64,000 bases of DNA from contig JAQGDQ010000105.1 in the NCBI GenBank assembly GCA_030141605.1, positions 248,001 through 312,000 of the forward strand, given 5' to 3'. A model generated the notes under the pieces. It saw only the letters and a list, made by a program, of their open reading frames with translations. It did not search any database and was not told where the DNA came from. The position numbers were made by a program, and so were the translations under genes. This DNA is from Tubiluchus corallicola (taxonomy: Eukaryota; Animalia; Priapulida). Numbering within the stretch: the stretch's first letter is position 1; each line of letters begins with the position of its first letter. Positions 59,640-64,000 of this stretch are shown piece after piece.

Positions 59640-61061
59640 GTAAGTGTACAGAAAACGTGCATGACTATGTGTCTTGTTATTTCTTCTACATACGTATTCT
59701 CTTATATTGCAAGGTGTTTATACAGGCTGTAGATACGTTTGTTGGCAAATTGTCAGACTATGATTATAGCTGATATACTACAAGTTTTGGCAACTTGAAA
59801 AAGCCAGTGTATTAACATGGATGACTTGGCAGCGATTGCATTTTAAAATTCTTTAGAAATACCGTAATTTTGACTTTTCAGATGATCTTAAACGCGCTAT
59901 ATTTTCACGGCTAAAACATTTTATAATTGTAAAGTAAATATACAAAATGGACGTTTTTACATGGCAATATTTGAGCAGTGTATAGCATACCTTTTGTGTC
60001 AGTCGGCGCACGCTAAGTAGTAATGATAGACTACTCGAATTGTAAAAACTTTGTCTCTTGGGAAAAAATGTAAGATAATTAGACATACATTCGATAACTT
60101 ACATATTCTAGTGCAGGATAAAAAACACGAAACTAGAATTCAGGCAAAAATTTAATTTTAGTTCTATTCGTAGACTCATGTTTATTAGGTACATACACAT
60201 AATATTACGACACTGCAAAACTAAGCCAGTTGCAGGCTTATTTAATGTAAAGCTCGAAATTTCTTTATAACGAAGGTTATGTAAAAATTGTGTTACTGCG
60301 GCAATGTCTGGCTGTTTAAGTTAATATTATCTCATATAATTATATCTGGCGTGAACCATAGCCAAAATTAATTGTGACTTTTTTCCTATGACTTCTTTTT
60401 CTAGCCAAAATTATGACTTTTTTCCGCGACTTTCCTGTAACTTCATTACTGGTCACCGTTTATTCTAGCATTTTTTATATTTCCGGCTAGTAAAAAAGAC
60501 GGAAAAATGCGACTGCTTGCGCGGTGTCACGTTATTTTTAATACAATCAGATTGTGAACTTAGAAGCCTAACAGGATAAAATCGGGAAGTGTTTTGTGTT
60601 TATGGAACCGACAAAAGTCTAAGAGCCTACACTTTAAAACATGCGTAAAGGCCAGAATATTAACTGACGGCAAATTTAGTTGACCATTTACCTCGCAAAT
60701 ATGACACACAAACAAAATTAGCAAGTCAGATTTGTTGGAAAGGGCTTCTTAGCCAGTAACATTTCGGTTCCTTGCCGGGCATTTTCTTCAAACTGAAAAA
60801 ATGACAATAGGAAACAACCACCAAAATAATTGTTGACGGCAGAAATTTCCAACAGCGCACTGTGCTGTTCCCTTTAAGCTGCTGACCCCAATCTGGCGGT
60901 GCCCGACAGGGAATGAAAATTTACTATGCCTTGAATTTTTTCACCTGGCAGAATAAATCTTTATTATGTTTTAATCATATTTAGATAGAAGTAACCCTGT
61001 CTATACAACGACATTATTTGATTAGAACAGAAAATAAAACCATTTTTTACTTTTTCGTCAG

Positions 61062-63956
61062 CAAAACGATAGTAAACATGAATTGGCAAAGGAGATGGAG
61101 GGAGCAGAGGAAGAAGAGGTCAAAAGAGGAAATTGGTCAAATAAACTGGACTTTTTACTCTCCTGTCTTGGCTTTGCTGTTGGGTTAGGAAATGTTTGGA
61201 GATTCCCGTACCTATGCTATAAAAACGGTGGAGGTAAAAATCGTTGTAGAGCCGAGAAAAGCCGAGAAAAGGGATTTTAGTTTTCTAAAGTAGCTGCACA
61301 GTAGATGCAGCAAACATGTAGACTTATTTCTGATGAAAGATGAGATTGAATAAAGTATCGAAAAGCTGAAAGATTTCGCTTAAATAAAATATTACGCAAT
61401 GACATAACCTAACCGAGACTGCAAACATATTGAACAATTTGCTTACTTTACAGGAACTTTCCTTGTTCCCTATGTCATATTTCTGCTTATTGCTGGAATG
61501 CCGCTCTTTTTTATGGAGTTAGGAATTGGTCAGTTTTCGAGTTTAGGACCAGTAGAGGCATTTGGTTATTTATGCCCAATACTACAGGTAATACAGCTGG
61601 ATTATATTTATATTGCAATAATTTAAAATACTAAAGCACGCGAAAGTATAAACACTCGACATTCCTCGAGGATTTGTGACGTTCACCCAATTACGTCGAG
61701 GACACTGACAACCCAAACAAGGCTTGACCGAGTTTGCTTGCCACCTTCACCCCCTGGAATGAGGCAACCAACCTAAGGACTTTGTGGACGTCGTTAGACA
61801 TCCTGGTTAACAATAATGGTAACAAGTGATAGTAGTGCTGTCAAAATTCTCTTTGGTCCTTCTTAATTGCCAATTATTGGTAATTGTTGTTCTCTTAGGC
61901 TCGTTATATTGTTTCAGGGGATAGGTGTTGGTATGGTAGTGGTTTCTGGGATTACTTGCACCTATTACAACATGCTCATCGCATGGGCTTTGTTTTACTT
62001 CTTTGCTTCGTTTCAAAGTGTTTTGCCGTGGTCTAATTGCGAATTCGAAAGAAGTACACCAGGTACGCAACAAGAAAAACCATAATTACAGATATAAAGA
62101 CTTATATCTTTATATCTTTATAAGAAATCTTTATAAAGTTAATTGATATTTATGCATTTGTTGTTACTGCATACAGCTTTGCTATAAAATTTCAATTGGT
62201 GGTCATCACTACGTGCTCCATTCAAGCCAACTGGAATTTTATAAAGTTAGCAAGTAATTAGTGTATTTAATGCGAGGATTAAGTCCTCTGCTGCAAAAAG
62301 CCATTGAAGTTGTAATTCATTTAAGTTATTATGCTTGGCCAGTCGTGTCGACTCAGCTTTTATAAAGCTATTTTTTCTAGAAAATCTGTCCGATTAATAT
62401 TTTAACCTCGCAGAGAATTTACATCATTCTTTTTAATGGCTAATGTTTGTAATGTTGGCTAGCAAATACAGGCCCTGTATACATGTCTATAGTTTCTGTA
62501 TGTACATTTATTAGCAATTAAAAGATTTACCGTCATCATCATCATCTTCTTCTAGGCTCGTTGCATTATTTCAGCGGATAGGTGTTGGTGAGACAGTGGT
62601 TTTTGGGATTACTGGCACCCATTATAACATGCTCATCATATGGACTTTGTGACATCAATTATTTCATTTGTGTTATAATGCTTGTATTCCAAAAATAGGC
62701 AATAATCTTTTTGCAGTTGTAATTGTAATTGTATTGCATTGTATTTCAATTAATTGTCTTTGTAGTTTTTTATTGAGTATTAATTGTATTTTTAATACTT
62801 ATCCAGAAAAATCTTTACTAGCTTATAAATCCCAACTCGTCCTCGTTTATTCTAATGCTCTACGCGCGCATGATGTTCACATAAGCTTATTTTTTAAAAT
62901 TCAACGCCCCAAATTTTACTTTTATAGCCTGCTATGATCATGAATTAGCCAAGACTTGTACCGAGAATGGAGGATTGTTTTTCGAACAGCACTGCTACAA
63001 TGCAACTGAAGCCGAGTTGTACTCTATTACAAATGAAACACTAGCTAACGCCACACGCATATATCCAAGCCAAGAATATTTCAAGTAAGAACAAAAAATA
63101 ATTTTAGTTTCATTTTCGTGTATACAACTAAAGAAAAGTCACACATAAACCCACACAAATCTCATTATATGTATGAGAATAAGTGACACCAAAATCCTTA
63201 CTTACGGCAATCACATTAAGTCGAACTACTTACATCACATTATAGAATAAAATTAGTATTATTCTACACAGAGTACCTTATAGAGAATTTTCATCATTCT
63301 TTTTTATGGCTGACGTTTGTAATGGTGGCCTGCAAATAAAGGCCCCGTAGAAAAGTGTGTGGCTTCATCAACATCATCATCATTATCAACATGGTCATCA
63401 TCATCATCATCATAATCCTAATTGTTTTAGCTTCTGATGACATAAAAATGGCCTGGATATCTGATTGCATTTCTGAAAAATAAATCTTTGCACACTGCTA
63501 AACATTTACGTAACATTTTTAAACCACGTAAACATTGACACAACTTAACTTCCTTTTACAGCAATTTTGTACTCGACATGACAGAAGGGATTCACGATTT
63601 AGGGAAACAGAGATGGCAGCTGGTACTCTGTCTTCTTGGTGCTTGGTTAATTGTATTTTTCTGTCTTATCAAAGGTGTGAAGTCATCAGGCAAGGTACAA
63701 TTTATGATAGAAATATATAATAAGAAGGAAATAACACTGGACTAACTAATTAATAAAACTAACAATAGTAATCAAGTGTATCAAAGCATCGCTAGAATAA
63801 TAGTGTTTTTTTGCCCAACAGGTGGTGTACTTTACAGCATTATTTCCATATTTTGTGCTGACAACCTTGTTAATTCGTGGAGCTACGCTGATCGGTGCTG
63901 GCGAAGGAATAAAGTTCTACCTATTACCAAAGTGGCACAAGCTAAAGGAAGCATCC
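61062..63956 (+). CDS. SLC6/NSS sodium- and chloride-dependent amino-acid transporter (GlyT/proline-transporter-like), partial; continues beyond the window
   Basis: Exons 61062-61233, 61454-61587, 61918-62062, 62928-63084, 63562-63694, 63822-63956 splice in frame: [43 protein letters not shown]...MELGIGQFS...[12 protein letters not shown]...LPWSNC...PSQEYF...[21 protein letters not shown]1 has Gly (AVGLGN), not Asp, so it is not a monoamine transporter. Extra Cys pair in EL2 ([13 protein letters not shown]). Confidence 0.95.
62553..62652 (+). pseudogene. Degenerate partial duplicate of SLC6 exon 61918-62062 (pseudo-exon)
   Basis: Aligns to 61896-61993 including the acceptor; reads [25 protein letters not shown] versus [26 protein letters not shown]. 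Confidence 0.85.
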
Positions 63957-64000
63957 GTAATTATTTCTTACAACTACAACAACTAATTAAGACGAGCAAG

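Overview
AT-rich eukaryotic (invertebrate animal, probably arthropod/protostome) genomic DNA with spliceosomal GT-AG genes, many microsatellites and decayed transposons; no prokaryotic operons, CRISPR arrays or rRNA. Three protein-coding genes, all on +: (1) a class A peptide GPCR whose 449-aa ORF is uninterrupted (38387-39736), best matching the CNMamide-receptor family; (2) an 11-coding-exon gene (47953-56665, ~835 aa) for a signal-peptide + long low-complexity + ZP-domain + furin site + single-TM protein (cuticlin/Dusky-like); (3) the 5' part of an SLC6 (NSS) Na+/Cl- amino-acid transporter (GlyT/PROT-like), running off the right edge. The first ~38 kb has no convincing host exons and holds a near-complete decayed EN+RT LINE (minus, ~23.2-26.4 kb), other LINE 3' fragments, several TTAAAGG...CCTTTAA (Kolobok-like) MITEs, a CAGG-ended MITE, and a solo-LTR-like unit inserted in the (TA)n centre of a palindrome; a Harbinger relic lies at ~45.8-46.4 kb. 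The most unusual observations are that each of the three genes has a short same-strand copy of its own coding sequence parked nearby (the GPCR copy differs only at third codon positions), the LTR-in-palindrome structure, and an apparent 1-nt intron slide in the SLC6 gene. I found no evidence for a wholly new biological system; all family assignments come from motif recognition, not database searches.
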